From a virus: a stretch of 64,000 nucleotides of DNA. The stretch's first letter is position 1; each line of letters begins with the position of its first letter. Where the stretch lies: positions 5,406-69,405 of IMG/VR virus record IMGVR_UViG_3300032326_000865. One strand, 5' to 3'. Below, in pieces: positions 7,040 to 16,595 of this stretch. The notes below the pieces were generated by a model, which worked only from the letters and a program-made list of their open reading frames with translations, was not told the origin of the DNA and searched no databases. A program made the translations under genes and the position numbers.

Positions 7040-7377
7040 TATTCAGATTTCTGATTGCAAATGAAGTCAGTTACGTATTTAGCCAGTTCGTAAGGGCTGA
7101 ACGGAGAATACATTCTTTGTACTATTGCGTGTGCCAATTGTTCTTTAAGAAGGTGCATTGCTGCTATTTGAATTGCAGGAAGCTTCAACTCTTCTAGGCT
7201 GCAAATAAACGACATGGCTTTGTGAAACTCTCCGCTTGTATGTAGCCAGAGTCCATCCTTCCTGTTGCTTTCCCAATTGCACCCATCTGCGTAGGGGGAG
7301 TCTACTTTACCGCACTCAACGTATCGTTTTCCGATTTTCCTGAAGATTGGTTCTCTTGTGTCTTTGATGTGATTCAT
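7039..7377 (-). CDS. Hypothetical phage protein
   Basis: 112-aa coupled ORF. Confidence 0.7.
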   Translation of the reverse strand: MNHIKDTREPIFRKIGKRYVECGKVDSPYADGCNWESNRKDGLWLHTSGEFHKAMSFICSLEELKLPAIQIAAMHLLKEQLAHAIVQRMYSPFSPYELAKYVTDFICNQKSE

Positions 7378-7568
7378 TTTTCGAAATGATGTGCATTACC
7401 AAAATGATTGTGAGGATAAACATAATCCTATACGCCATTTACTTTTGAGAAAGAAACACCCCGGTCCATAAGGACAGAGCTACGGGGCTTTATTTTTGAT
7501 CAACTTCAGCTCTAAGAAGTCGGAGACGGTTCATGGTCTCTTCTCTCTGTTTTCCTTGCTACTGGAAA

Positions 7569-7757
7569 TTATTCTTCAGAGAGGAATGGTCTTCCTCCCC
7601 TTTGGTGCAATGAGCTAAGCCATCTGATTTGGTTTGAGCTTAGCTCTGATTCTGGTGTGCGTTCGCACAATAATTGACAGAACCATTTATCTTTCTCGTT
7701 GATTAGGTCTTCATCCAGCATGTATTTCAATGCCTTAATCAGTTCTTTTGTCTGCAT
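7569..7757 (-). CDS. Hypothetical protein
   Basis: 62-aa coupled ORF. Confidence 0.6.
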   Translation of the reverse strand: MQTKELIKALKYMLDEDLINEKDKWFCQLLCERTPESELSSNQIRWLSSLHQRGGRPFLSEE

Positions 7758-7957
7758 TAGACCATTCGGTGTGGCGTCGTCTTGATCTTGTGGTAACCCT
7801 TACGATGCGCTTCCTTGTGAGAGGCTTTGTTCTGCTTGTGTTCTTCAAGCATTTCTTGATGACGGTCGTGTGGACGCAGCGATTGTTTACGCTCCGCTTC
7901 AAATACCGGATTATACGTCACGGAATACTTGACTTCTTGGTTGATTTTCTTTTTCAT
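7757..7957 (-). CDS. Basic hypothetical protein
   Basis: AGGAG RBS, 66 aa. Confidence 0.55.
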   Translation of the reverse strand: MKKKINQEVKYSVTYNPVFEAERKQSLRPHDRHQEMLEEHKQNKASHKEAHRKGYHKIKTTPHRMV

Positions 7958-8017
7958 ACTCCTGTTGATGCCCCTGTTGCGTGTTGTTGTGTCTCTAACG
8001 TGATTGACGTTAGTAAA

Positions 8018-8057
8018 TAAAAAGCAGGTCCACCTTAATAGATGGACCTGCTTTTTT
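8018..8057. terminator. Bidirectional intrinsic terminator
   Basis: aaaagcaggtcca / tggacctgctttt flanked by A and T tracts, just after the 8063 stop. Confidence 0.8.
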
Positions 8058-8062
8058 GTTGC

Positions 8063-8497
8063 TTAGAAAGCTTCGTCTTCAGCCTCACCAGCGCCGAATG
8101 CTTCCTTGAAGTCCTCGGACTGCTTCAGGCGCTCATATGCGTCAGCGGCTTCTTGCGTCGCGATTACCTTACGCACGCAGTAGGTGGCCGGTGCTGTGCA
8201 ACCACGTGTGCGGGTTCCGTCAGGACGCTCCTTGTCCCAGCTGCGGATCACCATGATTTCTCCCAATTGAGAGGCGATGTCCACCGGGAGACCAGTGGTG
8301 ACAATGCGGGTTCCCTTGGAAGCGGCACGGAGTAGTGCCATCTGGGATTCGCTGGTGAGACCGTGGACAATCTTGATCTGTCCTGCGATCTTGTTGATTG
8401 CGAAGTTGCTCATCAGTGCGTCGTAGTCTGCTTTGTCACGGGTGTGGAGGACGGCTGGCGGCAGTTCGTTTTGGATCTCGTCTTCGATGCTGTTCAT
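8063..8497 (-). CDS. Hypothetical early protein
   Basis: 144-aa ORF with its own terminator. Confidence 0.75.
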   Translation of the reverse strand: MNSIEDEIQNELPPAVLHTRDKADYDALMSNFAINKIAGQIKIVHGLTSESQMALLRAASKGTRIVTTGLPVDIASQLGEIMVIRSWDKERPDGTRTRGCTAPATYCVRKVIATQEAADAYERLKQSEDFKEAFGAGEAEDEAF

Positions 8498-8590
8498 TTG
8501 TCTGTTTTGTTGTGACCTATGGTCGGTTTATTGACGAAGAGCAGGAGGCAACTCACCTCCTACTCTTTCATCTGAATCTCTTAATTACCA

Positions 8591-8603
8591 AGCGCGAAGC
8601 GCT
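8591..8603 (-). promoter_or_regulatory. Conserved hairpin motif, copy 3 (agcgc-gaa-gcgct)
   Basis: Abuts the stop of the 581-aa gene, upstream of the 8497 ATG. Confidence 0.6.
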
Positions 8604-10348
8604 CAGCGAAGCCCACGAAGCGCAGACTCCAGCGCCATGGCAAAGGTGTCCGCAACTTCTTGGTGAAGTGTTCCGGTCTCGAGTTCTTCGCGAATGATGG
8701 AGCGAAGCTTTGCTTTGAGTGTAGGCGAAGCGTTGCTTGCGCTAAGCCGTGCTGGTTGGATCTTGTCAATCCGCTTGGTCACTAGACCTTGCTTGCTTTC
8801 GACAAGTGCAAGTGTGCCTCGCTTGACGCGATTCATCACCCAAGAGCGATGAGGTGGCATTTCGTCCACTTCAATAACCTCGGCCTTAACCTCGATGGTA
8901 TTAGCCGGGACTAAGAACATGCTTTCCTGAGTTCTTGGTGTCTCGAACACTGGTGCGTTATTTGCTGTCCCTTTGATGGACCCGAATCCACGCTTGTGGA
9001 CTGGCATCCAGTATTGGATCAGGCTGGAGAATCCGGGGTTCATCCACTCCTCCCTGAGTGCCGCCATAGCTGTGACTACGTTCATGCGCTCCAAGTGCTT
9101 TGATGCGGAGTCCATGTCACCTGCACGCATTGCATTTTGGTGCAACTTCTGTGCGTATGCATATTCAGCCTTGAGGGCTTTGTATGTGGCTTGTGAGTGA
9201 ATGTCACCCATGGTAGCCTGCTCGTTGCTTCCTACGCTAATTGTGCGAAGAACTGGCTTTCCGTTACGGAATCCCGCCAGCATTACGTTAGGGGCGTGCT
9301 GACGCTGCGAGAACATCACCAGCTTTTCCTCGATGGAGCCTTCGTCGAATTGATCGGCATCAATCCATTCAGAGGTGTCTTCTTCACGGTCAAATGCCAT
9401 GGCGACCAGTTCCTCCTCCTCGTTCATGTAGTCCACCGTTTCACCTTGTTCGTCCTGAACTTCGGTCTCTGCTGCTCCTTTGAGCAAGTGGTAGTCCAAC
9501 TCTGAGAGAGTGAGACGTTCGTTCTCTTCTCCTTTGAGTGAGAGCTGGTGTCCTTCCGTGTAGTAGGAAGAATTGGTGAGCTTGGGATCTTTCTGCCAGC
9601 CTACAATGACAACCCATTGGTTGCGCTGCCAGATAGTCATGTAGGACGGGATGATGTCTGTCAGTCCAGTGAGAGCCTGAAGGATGCTGTGCGCACCTCC
9701 ACGAATTTGCAGACCTGCACGCTTAGCTATACGTTGCATGGCAATGTCCGGTCCATCACTAAGGATTGGGCGATGCATGTCTTGGGTCATGCCCAAGTCG
9801 AAGTATCGTCCGTCAAGGAGTCGCAGGCAGTAGCGAGCCGGGATATGCTTCATGCTCTTTCCTTCATTCTGCAAGGGAGGAAGCTCATAGACCTGAGCGT
9901 TGTCCCATTTTTTACCGTTAGGACCAGAAACCTTAACCGTCTCCGACTTGTTGAAGTGCTGATTGGCACGGCGAATCTTGTTCTGTTCACCTTTCCAGTT
10001 CTCAAGCTCACGCATCCGCTGTGCGTTCCATACGCAAGCTGCAAGCCTCTCCTCAAGGGAGAGTGGATAACCACGCTCCTTAGCCAGTGCAATGAGGTCT
10101 TTGCGGGAGGATTCAATCACCTTGTCTGCACCTTTCGGTAGCCATTTGCTACCAAGCATGTCCATGGTGAGGCATTTCACTGCCCGTGGAATGAGCCGAG
10201 TGATTTCCTCTTCATCAAGGAACGGCTCTACCTCTGAACCAGTGCCAAGTTTCTCCTCCAGTGCCATGAGGATGGAGTCTGGAATCGGGAAGCTTCCCGC
10301 TGCAAGTTCAGGGTTGAACCCGCTTGTTACTTTCAATGTGTGTTTCAC
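8603..10348 (-). CDS. Large hypothetical protein (581 aa) with an acidic central segment
   Basis: Long ORF; no motif recognised. Confidence 0.8.
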   Translation of the reverse strand: MKHTLKVTSGFNPELAAGSFPIPDSILMALEEKLGTGSEVEPFLDEEEITRLIPRAVKCLTMDMLGSKWLPKGADKVIESSRKDLIALAKERGYPLSLEERLAACVWNAQRMRELENWKGEQNKIRRANQHFNKSETVKVSGPNGKKWDNAQVYELPPLQNEGKSMKHIPARYCLRLLDGRYFDLGMTQDMHRPILSDGPDIAMQRIAKRAGLQIRGGAHSILQALTGLTDIIPSYMTIWQRNQWVVIVGWQKDPKLTNSSYYTEGHQLSLKGEENERLTLSELDYHLLKGAAETEVQDEQGETVDYMNEEEELVAMAFDREEDTSEWIDADQFDEGSIEEKLVMFSQRQHAPNVMLAGFRNGKPVLRTISVGSNEQATMGDIHSQATYKALKAEYAYAQKLHQNAMRAGDMDSASKHLERMNVVTAMAALREEWMNPGFSSLIQYWMPVHKRGFGSIKGTANNAPVFETPRTQESMFLVPANTIEVKAEVIEVDEMPPHRSWVMNRVKRGTLALVESKQGLVTKRIDKIQPARLSASNASPTLKAKLRSIIREELETGTLHQEVADTFAMALESALRGLR

Positions 10349-10394
10349 GTTGTGTATTCGGTTGTGTCCTTATGGACTGGTTGACATAGCCTCA

Positions 10395-10407
10395 AGCGCG
10401 AAGCGCT
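10395..10407 (-). promoter_or_regulatory. Conserved hairpin motif, copy 4 (agcgc-gaa-gcgct)
   Basis: 47 nt upstream of the 581-aa gene start in a divergent intergenic region. Confidence 0.6.
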
Positions 10408-10485
10408 CAATGCAGCTGTATTTTCAGGCTGATACGCACCTGAGGACGTTGTGGACAAATTCCACTGAAAGCTGTAGTTCTGTGT

Positions 10486-11028
10486 ATGGACATCCATAAC
10501 GAACAAGATTGTGTCTCTCCAATTAAGCCTGAACCCGTTCAATTGTCTCGAGTTGACCCTCATATGAAGGTCAGCAAGGAGCAATGGGAGGTAATCAAAG
10601 CCTTGTATTGCGCTGGAGAGAAAGCGACCGTGATTGCCCCAAAGTATGGCATCAAACCCGAGACCATCAATAAGAAGGCCTACAAGGACAAGTGGCCAAC
10701 ACCGGGTAGAATTAAGCTAGCTCAGGCCAATCCACTGGTAGAAACCAATGATCCTGCCCAAGCTCTAGCTGCTCTATGGACTGAACGTGGTGAACAGTCT
10801 CGCGAATCGGTTTACCAAGGTGCCAAGAAGGCCCTAGATCGGTTCTTTGCGATGTCACCTATACCCCAGACATTCCAAGAGGCTGCTGTAGCCCACAAGA
10901 TGCTGAAAGAGGCTGTAGATCCCACTGGTTCTAATGAGGGTCAGAGGACCAATGTGAACATCGCAGTCCTTACAAATAAAGGATTTGCTCCAATTCCATC
11001 AAATGGATCAGAACCAATTGATGTCTAA
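10486..11028 (+). CDS. terS: Putative terminase small subunit
   Basis: QWEVIKALYCAG...IAPKYGIKPETINKKAYKDKW HTH typical of TerS; helical middle; TNVNIAVL tail; start may be 10564. Confidence 0.65.
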   Translation: MDIHNEQDCVSPIKPEPVQLSRVDPHMKVSKEQWEVIKALYCAGEKATVIAPKYGIKPETINKKAYKDKWPTPGRIKLAQANPLVETNDPAQALAALWTERGEQSRESVYQGAKKALDRFFAMSPIPQTFQEAAVAHKMLKEAVDPTGSNEGQRTNVNIAVLTNKGFAPIPSNGSEPIDV

Positions 11029-11460
11029 TCTTATCCCAATGGTATCGCAATGAACTTGCGTTACTGTATTAGGATTACAGGGCATGGTATTCTATTCCCT
11101 ATAGAGCATAAAGAACACCATTAGCCATAGAGCAATCAAACAACCCGAAATCCATAATACATCCCAATATACCACCCAAAGAGACACCCACCCAAACAGG
11201 GAAGAACGTCAAATGGGAGAATACGTCAGGAATACGTCCGGGAATGCTTCCCCATGTGGCAAATAAATCATCTTTCGTTGAGTTAATCCCCCACTACGCG
11301 TGCGGAATGAGCCATTCAACGTCATACAAGTAGAGCGTTGAGTGGTTCCCGCCACGACTACGAATAAATACGAAGACCCCAAACCGTTTGTTGTCATCAT
11401 TGACGCTTGGTTTAAGGTTGGCTGTTTGTGGTGGTTTCTGGCTCAGAGGTTGTTCGACCC

Positions 11461-11510
11461 CTGATGACAGAGCCTAGTCCAAACGGATCTGAACTAGGCT
11501 CTGATAATCA
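11461..11510. terminator. Long hairpin, possible terminator
   Basis: cagagcctagt / actaggctctg inverted repeat after the minus-strand gene run. Confidence 0.5.
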
Positions 11511-11574
11511 AGGATGACGATTCTTGTTCTGGATATTGGCTAAAACCCCGTGTTTTGACCAATACCCATGGACA

Positions 11575-11709
11575 TTATTGTCCGAACCATCCCTTAACGG
11601 ACGCTGGGATAATGGAGGATTCCTTTTCTCCACCACGCATGCCAGTGTCAGCCCAAGCCATCATGCGCAGAAGCACGACAATAATAACGATGATTCCAAT
11701 TGCTTTCAT
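11575..11709 (-). CDS. Small membrane or secreted peptide (MKAIGIIVIIVVLL...)
   Basis: ATGA overlap with the upstream gene. Confidence 0.5.
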   Translation of the reverse strand: MKAIGIIVIIVVLLRMMAWADTGMRGGEKESSIIPASVKGWFGQ

Positions 11710-11975
11710 GATCTTGTGTAATTCCTTTGAACTCGGGAGGTTGGTTGTGTGGACGTAGCTCCATCCCGAAACTGGAGAGTAGTCCATTCTGAGTCGCAGG
11801 ACGCCACTACAGCACGCCTTCCGCTGGTCTTTGAGGTGACCAGCTCACCCTGAATGAAGAAGCCCCCAGCGACTTGCTGAGGGCTCTTCTCTGCGATAAG
11901 GAGCATCCGCTCCACCCAGTCTTCAGACAGAATCATCCGAAGATTAGGAGCAGGATGTAAGCAATAGCCGCCCAA
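11706..11975 (-). CDS. Hypothetical protein with a KOW/SH3-like C-terminus
   Basis: 89-aa ORF; start uncertain. Confidence 0.55.
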   Translation of the reverse strand: MGGYCLHPAPNLRMILSEDWVERMLLIAEKSPQQVAGGFFIQGELVTSKTSGRRAVVASCDSEWTTLQFRDGATSTQPTSRVQRNYTRS

Positions 11976-12012
11976 AGGGAGAGGCTGATGGCGACATGAA
12001 GAGGAATGTAGT

Positions 12013-12225
12013 TCATGCCTCCTCCTTTACGCTGAATTGGACGTAGTTGCCAACTGCCGTGAAGCAGTAGGTAATCTTACCCCTCTTCAGAATACCGTCT
12101 TCAAGAGCGGCACCTTGATCCTTTAGCCACCGATAAAGGCGGACTGCGTATGGACGAGCAAAGCGTCCTTCTTTCTTTGAGCAATCCCGAAGGACTGCGG
12201 CAAACGAGCGGTCAATTGCGTTCAT
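12013..12225 (-). CDS. Hypothetical protein
   Basis: ATGA-coupled 70-aa ORF. Confidence 0.65.
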   Translation of the reverse strand: MNAIDRSFAAVLRDCSKKEGRFARPYAVRLYRWLKDQGAALEDGILKRGKITYCFTAVGNYVQFSVKEEA

Positions 12226-12587
12226 TGTTCTTCTTGGTTGAAAAGTTGGTCAAAGCGATCCTTAAAGCTTCCCGGCTCAATACTGGAGGCAACTTCTTCT
12301 TTGGGTTTCGTTTTGCTCTCCTCGACCAATCTGTCGAAGAGAGCCTTAATTGTAAGCACCTCTCCGGTTTCCCTGTTCGAAGCTTCATTTTGAACCCCAC
12401 ATGGTTCGCAGAACTCAATCCAATCAGGACCGAGAACGAGCATGTTCGTCGGGATGCGACGCTTGTTGCAATATACGCATTGGTTAGCCATACTATTCTT
12501 TCTACTGGAGCTGGACTCGTCAGCACGGTGCTCCCATTTGTTCGTCCTAAACCGTGGACCCCTTACGGGGGTTAATCGCAACATCAA
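12222..12587 (-). CDS. Zn-finger hypothetical protein
   Basis: CVYC...CEPC. Confidence 0.7.
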   Translation of the reverse strand: MMLRLTPVRGPRFRTNKWEHRADESSSSRKNSMANQCVYCNKRRIPTNMLVLGPDWIEFCEPCGVQNEASNRETGEVLTIKALFDRLVEESKTKPKEEVASSIEPGSFKDRFDQLFNQEEQ

Positions 12588-12820
12588 AGATCAACCGGAA
12601 CGCTTTCAGTGCGCCAGATGTCCGCTATGATGACCGTCTTTACCTTGCGATAACGACGACGGCCATCCTTGGTGATCCTCCATTCACCTTCAAACCGAGC
12701 ATTAAGCATTTCTTCATGCCCCTTTATCAGACTCGAAAGCCTGTCAGCCTCAGCCTGAGAAGCAGCAAGTTCTTCCTCAAGTTTTGTGATACCCAATAGT
12801 CTCTTAATTAGTTTCTTCAT
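12584..12820 (-). CDS. Hypothetical coiled-coil protein
   Basis: 78-aa coupled ORF. Confidence 0.65.
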   Translation of the reverse strand: MKKLIKRLLGITKLEEELAASQAEADRLSSLIKGHEEMLNARFEGEWRITKDGRRRYRKVKTVIIADIWRTESVPVDL

Positions 12821-12873
12821 GTCTTGTCATTCTATTTAAGTGAGCAGTTTAACGACTTGCTCAGGTCATCAAC

Positions 12874-13125
12874 TCAAGCCATCCGAAGCTGGAAGATCCT
12901 TTCCTCAAGGCGCTCGATAGCTCCGCGAACCATCATGCATGCCGATAACGGAATCGACATCGTGAGCAGGGAAGCGGCAATGCACTCCCATTCACCCGAG
13001 AAGCAGGAAGCGACAGTCACCGCACCCATCACTGCCGTGCTAATGCAGCAGACAACGAGCTCTTGCTTTAGGATTCTAATTTCCTTTAACATCTTGTTCC
13101 GTTCAATGTATTGTTCTGCCTTCAT
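12874..13125 (-). CDS. Small two-TM membrane protein
   Basis: Two hydrophobic segments. Confidence 0.6.
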   Translation of the reverse strand: MKAEQYIERNKMLKEIRILKQELVVCCISTAVMGAVTVASCFSGEWECIAASLLTMSIPLSACMMVRGAIERLEERIFQLRMA

Positions 13126-13375
13126 ACGGTTCTCTTTCTAATGCAGTGAGCCACGCTGCTGTTGTTGCTCTCTCTTCAGGCTACATCAACACGATGTAGT
13201 TGCTGATCGCTGTGAGTTCTAAGTCTCTCAGCAGGGGGCGACGGGTGTCTATCGACTCCGCACATCCCACACAAACACCACCAGAGAATTTATGGCATCC
13301 CCATGGAAAATTTAATTTCCCCGCAAAAAATAAATTATAAATTGACCCATTTTTTTGTTTTGATAATAAGGTTTT

Positions 13376-13957
13376 ATGCCTGACTATAATGATGTCATTG
13401 ATAATGTCGCGACTACTGTTGATGTTGCTGATAAAATGCATTCGTCAATAAAAGCTGCAAGGATTGCGGCTCGAGACACTGCTGGTAAGGTTGTTTTGAA
13501 AAAAGCTGCTTTGAAGGCCGTTGCCTCGCCTATTGAGGCTGGCTTGATGGCGTTGGAGGTTGGAAGGCTGGCTACTGATGAGGAATTGCGTTTGAAGAGA
13601 ATGAAGGAAGCGGAGGAGCTTGCTAATGAAAGTAATCCTGCGATGAGGGCTTTAAAGACTCAGGTGAATCCCATTGGAACTATTTATGGTGCTGGTCAGG
13701 CCATTTATGACACTGTTGCGATTAATGCCGGTCAGAAGGATAGGGATTTGGAATATGAATTGGAGAAGAAGCGCGTAATGGATCGCAGGGCTGGAAAAGA
13801 AGAGGAGAAGGCGAGTGGTGTTCGGAATGAGGTTCGTGCTTTTGATGCTTTTAATAACCGTGTTCACGTGGAGCCTTTGAAGAAGCCTGAGGAAGACGAT
13901 AAGGAAATTGGGTTGGCTTTGGTTCGTTCTTATTTTGAAGGTAGTAAGCTTATTTGA
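13376..13957 (+). CDS. Hypothetical protein, first gene of the late block
   Basis: 193-aa ORF coupled to terL. Confidence 0.75.
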   Translation: MPDYNDVIDNVATTVDVADKMHSSIKAARIAARDTAGKVVLKKAALKAVASPIEAGLMALEVGRLATDEELRLKRMKEAEELANESNPAMRALKTQVNPIGTIYGAGQAIYDTVAINAGQKDRDLEYELEKKRVMDRRAGKEEEKASGVRNEVRAFDAFNNRVHVEPLKKPEEDDKEIGLALVRSYFEGSKLI

Positions 13958-15711
13958 TTATGAGTCTAATTGTGGATGGATGGACGTTTCCTGATGGGAC
14001 AGGTAAGATTGAGGCTAATTTGTTTTTGTTTGCCCGTGCCGGAGAGGGGAATGATGTTTCGAGAACTTCTGATCAGAGGTTTCAGAACCTGAAGAGGGCT
14101 ATTGATTTGGCGTTTAATTGCGAGGATTCGATTCGTCGTGTTGTTTGGAATCGGTGGACTCTTAGGATTTTGCGGAAGCTGGTCCGTGATTGGGAAAAGA
14201 AGAGGTTCCTTGGAATTGCGGGTTGTTCTTCTTCTGGAAAGTCAGACACGGTGGCTTTGTTTGGGCTGATGCTTTATTGGGCTCGCCCTGCTGAGACCTA
14301 CTTCATTGTGATGTCCACTACCAAGCAGGCGGCTCGAATGCGTATTTGGAAGTCGATTACGCAATTCTGGGGTCAGGCTGTAGAAATGGGATGCCCCGGC
14401 AAACTCATTGACTCTGACGGCTACATCAAGGGGGTGGACCAGAAAGGAAAACTTTGGCGGAACTCTGGTATTGTCCTAATGGCTGCTGGCAATTCTGACG
14501 CAGAGCAGGCGTGCAAAGATCTTCTGGGTATTAAGAACCCCGTCGTAATGGTTGCTGCGGACGAGTTCAATGAGCTTGGTGATGGCATTCTGAAGACGGC
14601 GTTTGAGAACATGACTTCAAATGATAGGATGGTCTTTTGTGGCATGGCTAACCCAGACAAGCTAACTGATCCATTTGCTGACCTCTGTGAGCCTCAGGAT
14701 GGCTGGAAAAGCGTCACGGAAGAGGATGAAGAGTGGGAGACCAAGTATGGTGAATGCATTCGCCTAGACGCCGAGAAAAGCCCTAGAATCTTGGATGAGG
14801 GTGGCGACAAGTTCTTTTGGCAACCGGATCAGGCTTACTGTGATAGAATTGCTGAAGCTCGCGGTGGACGGAAGTCGAGAGGCTACTACCGATTCGTTAA
14901 GGCCTTCTGGTGTCCAGATGGTGCTGCTAACTCAATTTACTCTGAGGTGGAGTTTCTGAATGGGTCTGCATTAAATCAGGACGAGCCTGATTGGGATGGT
15001 CCTACAATGATCCTCACGGCGCTCGACCCTTCGTTCTCGCGTAATGGCGACAGGTCCAGCTCTGCTTATGCAAAATTAGGCAAGGCTAATGGAGTTGATC
15101 ACCTTCACTTTTGTCACTTCAAGTCATTTTCTGAAGACATCAATGACAAAGACACAGCTCATAGCCATCAAATCGTACGCCAATGGATGGAACTTAGCAT
15201 GGATTTCGGGGTAAGACCCTCTAATGCAGCAATGGATAACACGGGTTCAGGCACTCCATTTGGTCATATTGTGGACATGGAGTGGAGTCCCGCGGTTTCT
15301 AAAATCAATTTCCAAGGCAAAGCATCTGAACGAACAGTGGTATTCAGAAATGAAGACTGCACATTTTACAACAAGAACTCCGAATTGTGGATTCAACCTA
15401 AGGAATACTTTAGATCAAATCAGATTTCAGGCATTTCCAAAGAGGTAATGGCGGAATTGGTTGAACGTGAGTATCATCCTAAGGAGGGAAGAACTCTTCG
15501 GGTGGAATCCAAAGAAGAGGCTAAGAAGAGACTTAAGCGTTCCCCTGACCTTGCTGACGCTGTTTTGATGGTAATTGACAAAGCAATCTCTCTCGGCAGG
15601 CTACAAAGCATTGAGGTTAAGAGTATTGCAAAGATGGTAGACCATGGGTGGCGAAAAGAAAAAATGAGGAAATCAATTTCGACTGGATGCGGTAGAAGAT
15701 TGATTCGTTGA
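13954..15711 (+). CDS. terL: Terminase large subunit
   Basis: Walker A GCSSSGKS, Walker B MVAADE, motif C GMANP, nuclease ALDPS and SPDLADA. Confidence 0.92.
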   Translation: MIMSLIVDGWTFPDGTGKIEANLFLFARAGEGNDVSRTSDQRFQNLKRAIDLAFNCEDSIRRVVWNRWTLRILRKLVRDWEKKRFLGIAGCSSSGKSDTVALFGLMLYWARPAETYFIVMSTTKQAARMRIWKSITQFWGQAVEMGCPGKLIDSDGYIKGVDQKGKLWRNSGIVLMAAGNSDAEQACKDLLGIKNPVVMVAADEFNELGDGILKTAFENMTSNDRMVFCGMANPDKLTDPFADLCEPQDGWKSVTEEDEEWETKYGECIRLDAEKSPRILDEGGDKFFWQPDQAYCDRIAEARGGRKSRGYYRFVKAFWCPDGAANSIYSEVEFLNGSALNQDEPDWDGPTMILTALDPSFSRNGDRSSSAYAKLGKANGVDHLHFCHFKSFSEDINDKDTAHSHQIVRQWMELSMDFGVRPSNAAMDNTGSGTPFGHIVDMEWSPAVSKINFQGKASERTVVFRNEDCTFYNKNSELWIQPKEYFRSNQISGISKEVMAELVEREYHPKEGRTLRVESKEEAKKRLKRSPDLADAVLMVIDKAISLGRLQSIEVKSIAKMVDHGWRKEKMRKSISTGCGRRLIR

Positions 15712-15735
15712 CATTTTTCCAGATTTAGCTAATTT
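15708..15735 (+). promoter_or_regulatory. Possible sigma70-type promoter for the tRNA region
   Basis: TTGACA-16 nt-TAATTT upstream of the tRNA. Confidence 0.4.
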
Positions 15736-15781
15736 TTCCGCGAGGAGGCTTGTTGGTGAAAGCCAGAGCTTTCTCATTAAT

Positions 15782-15853
15782 CGCGGGATGGCGCAGAGGT
15801 AGCGCAGAAGTTTCATAAGCTTAAGGTCGTGGGTTCAAATCCCACTCCCGCAA
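15782..15853 (+). tRNA. tRNA-Met(CAT), initiator-like acceptor, no encoded CCA
   Basis: Cloverleaf: cgcggga/tcccgca, D stem gcgc/gcgc, loop ttcataa, T arm gtggg-ttcaaat-cccac. Confidence 0.85.
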
Positions 15854-16259
15854 TTTTTTCCTTGCTGCATCCGTTAACGGGGTAGAGCTTCTTCCCACTT
15901 CGAAGCTCTACCTCGTTGTTCACCACCAGAGTCCTTCCCCTGCAAAAGGAGAGGCCCGCATTTCAATGGTAGAGCGTTGATTTGCGGGCTTTCTCTTGTC
16001 CGCGTGGTTCCAACGGCAGCACCATTACAACAGCAAGCCCTTTTTCCTAGGAGGCCACAAGCGTGGGATGAGCGGGAATTAAAACAAGGCTCATCAGCGG
16101 TTCCCTTTCCATTCGACTTCTTTAGCTTGCGGCTAAGGGGGAAGGAGGGGGTTTGGAGAGAAAGTGCCTTTTACAAACAAACAAACAAGTCCGATGGGTT
16201 TGTAGCCTAGAAAATTAGAGGGCTTGACATTAGTTTGGTAATGGTGTTTACCAACATTC

Positions 16260-16571
16260 ATGCCACTTATTAATTTTGGAGCTACGCCAGCAACCGTAAG
16301 GGTCCCCGTTCCGGTTGGAAGATCATTTGTGTTTTCCATTCATGGTCCCGCAACAGGTGCTACAGCTGTTTCTATTTCATATTATACAGGTAGTGCTTGG
16401 ATCGGATTAACTTCACTCACTCCTAATGAGGGTATTATTGAGGCAACAAGCGGGCAGCATATTAATTACGGGCCAATTAATGAAATCGAAGTGAAATCCA
16501 TCGGTAACGCTTCCGGCACCAACGTAAACGTCGTAATTAATGTTATTCCGATTGAGCGGGCCTTGATGTAA
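16260..16571 (+). CDS. Small beta-rich putative virion protein
   Basis: 103-aa ORF before the portal gene. Confidence 0.7.
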   Translation: MPLINFGATPATVRVPVPVGRSFVFSIHGPATGATAVSISYYTGSAWIGLTSLTPNEGIIEATSGQHINYGPINEIEVKSIGNASGTNVNVVINVIPIERALM

Positions 16572-16595
16572 TTTTCGGTATTAATAAGCTACTGC

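Noticed and set aside
15954-15989. A second tRNA
   Set aside because: Only an acceptor-like stem and D-arm-like sequence; no anticodon or T arm
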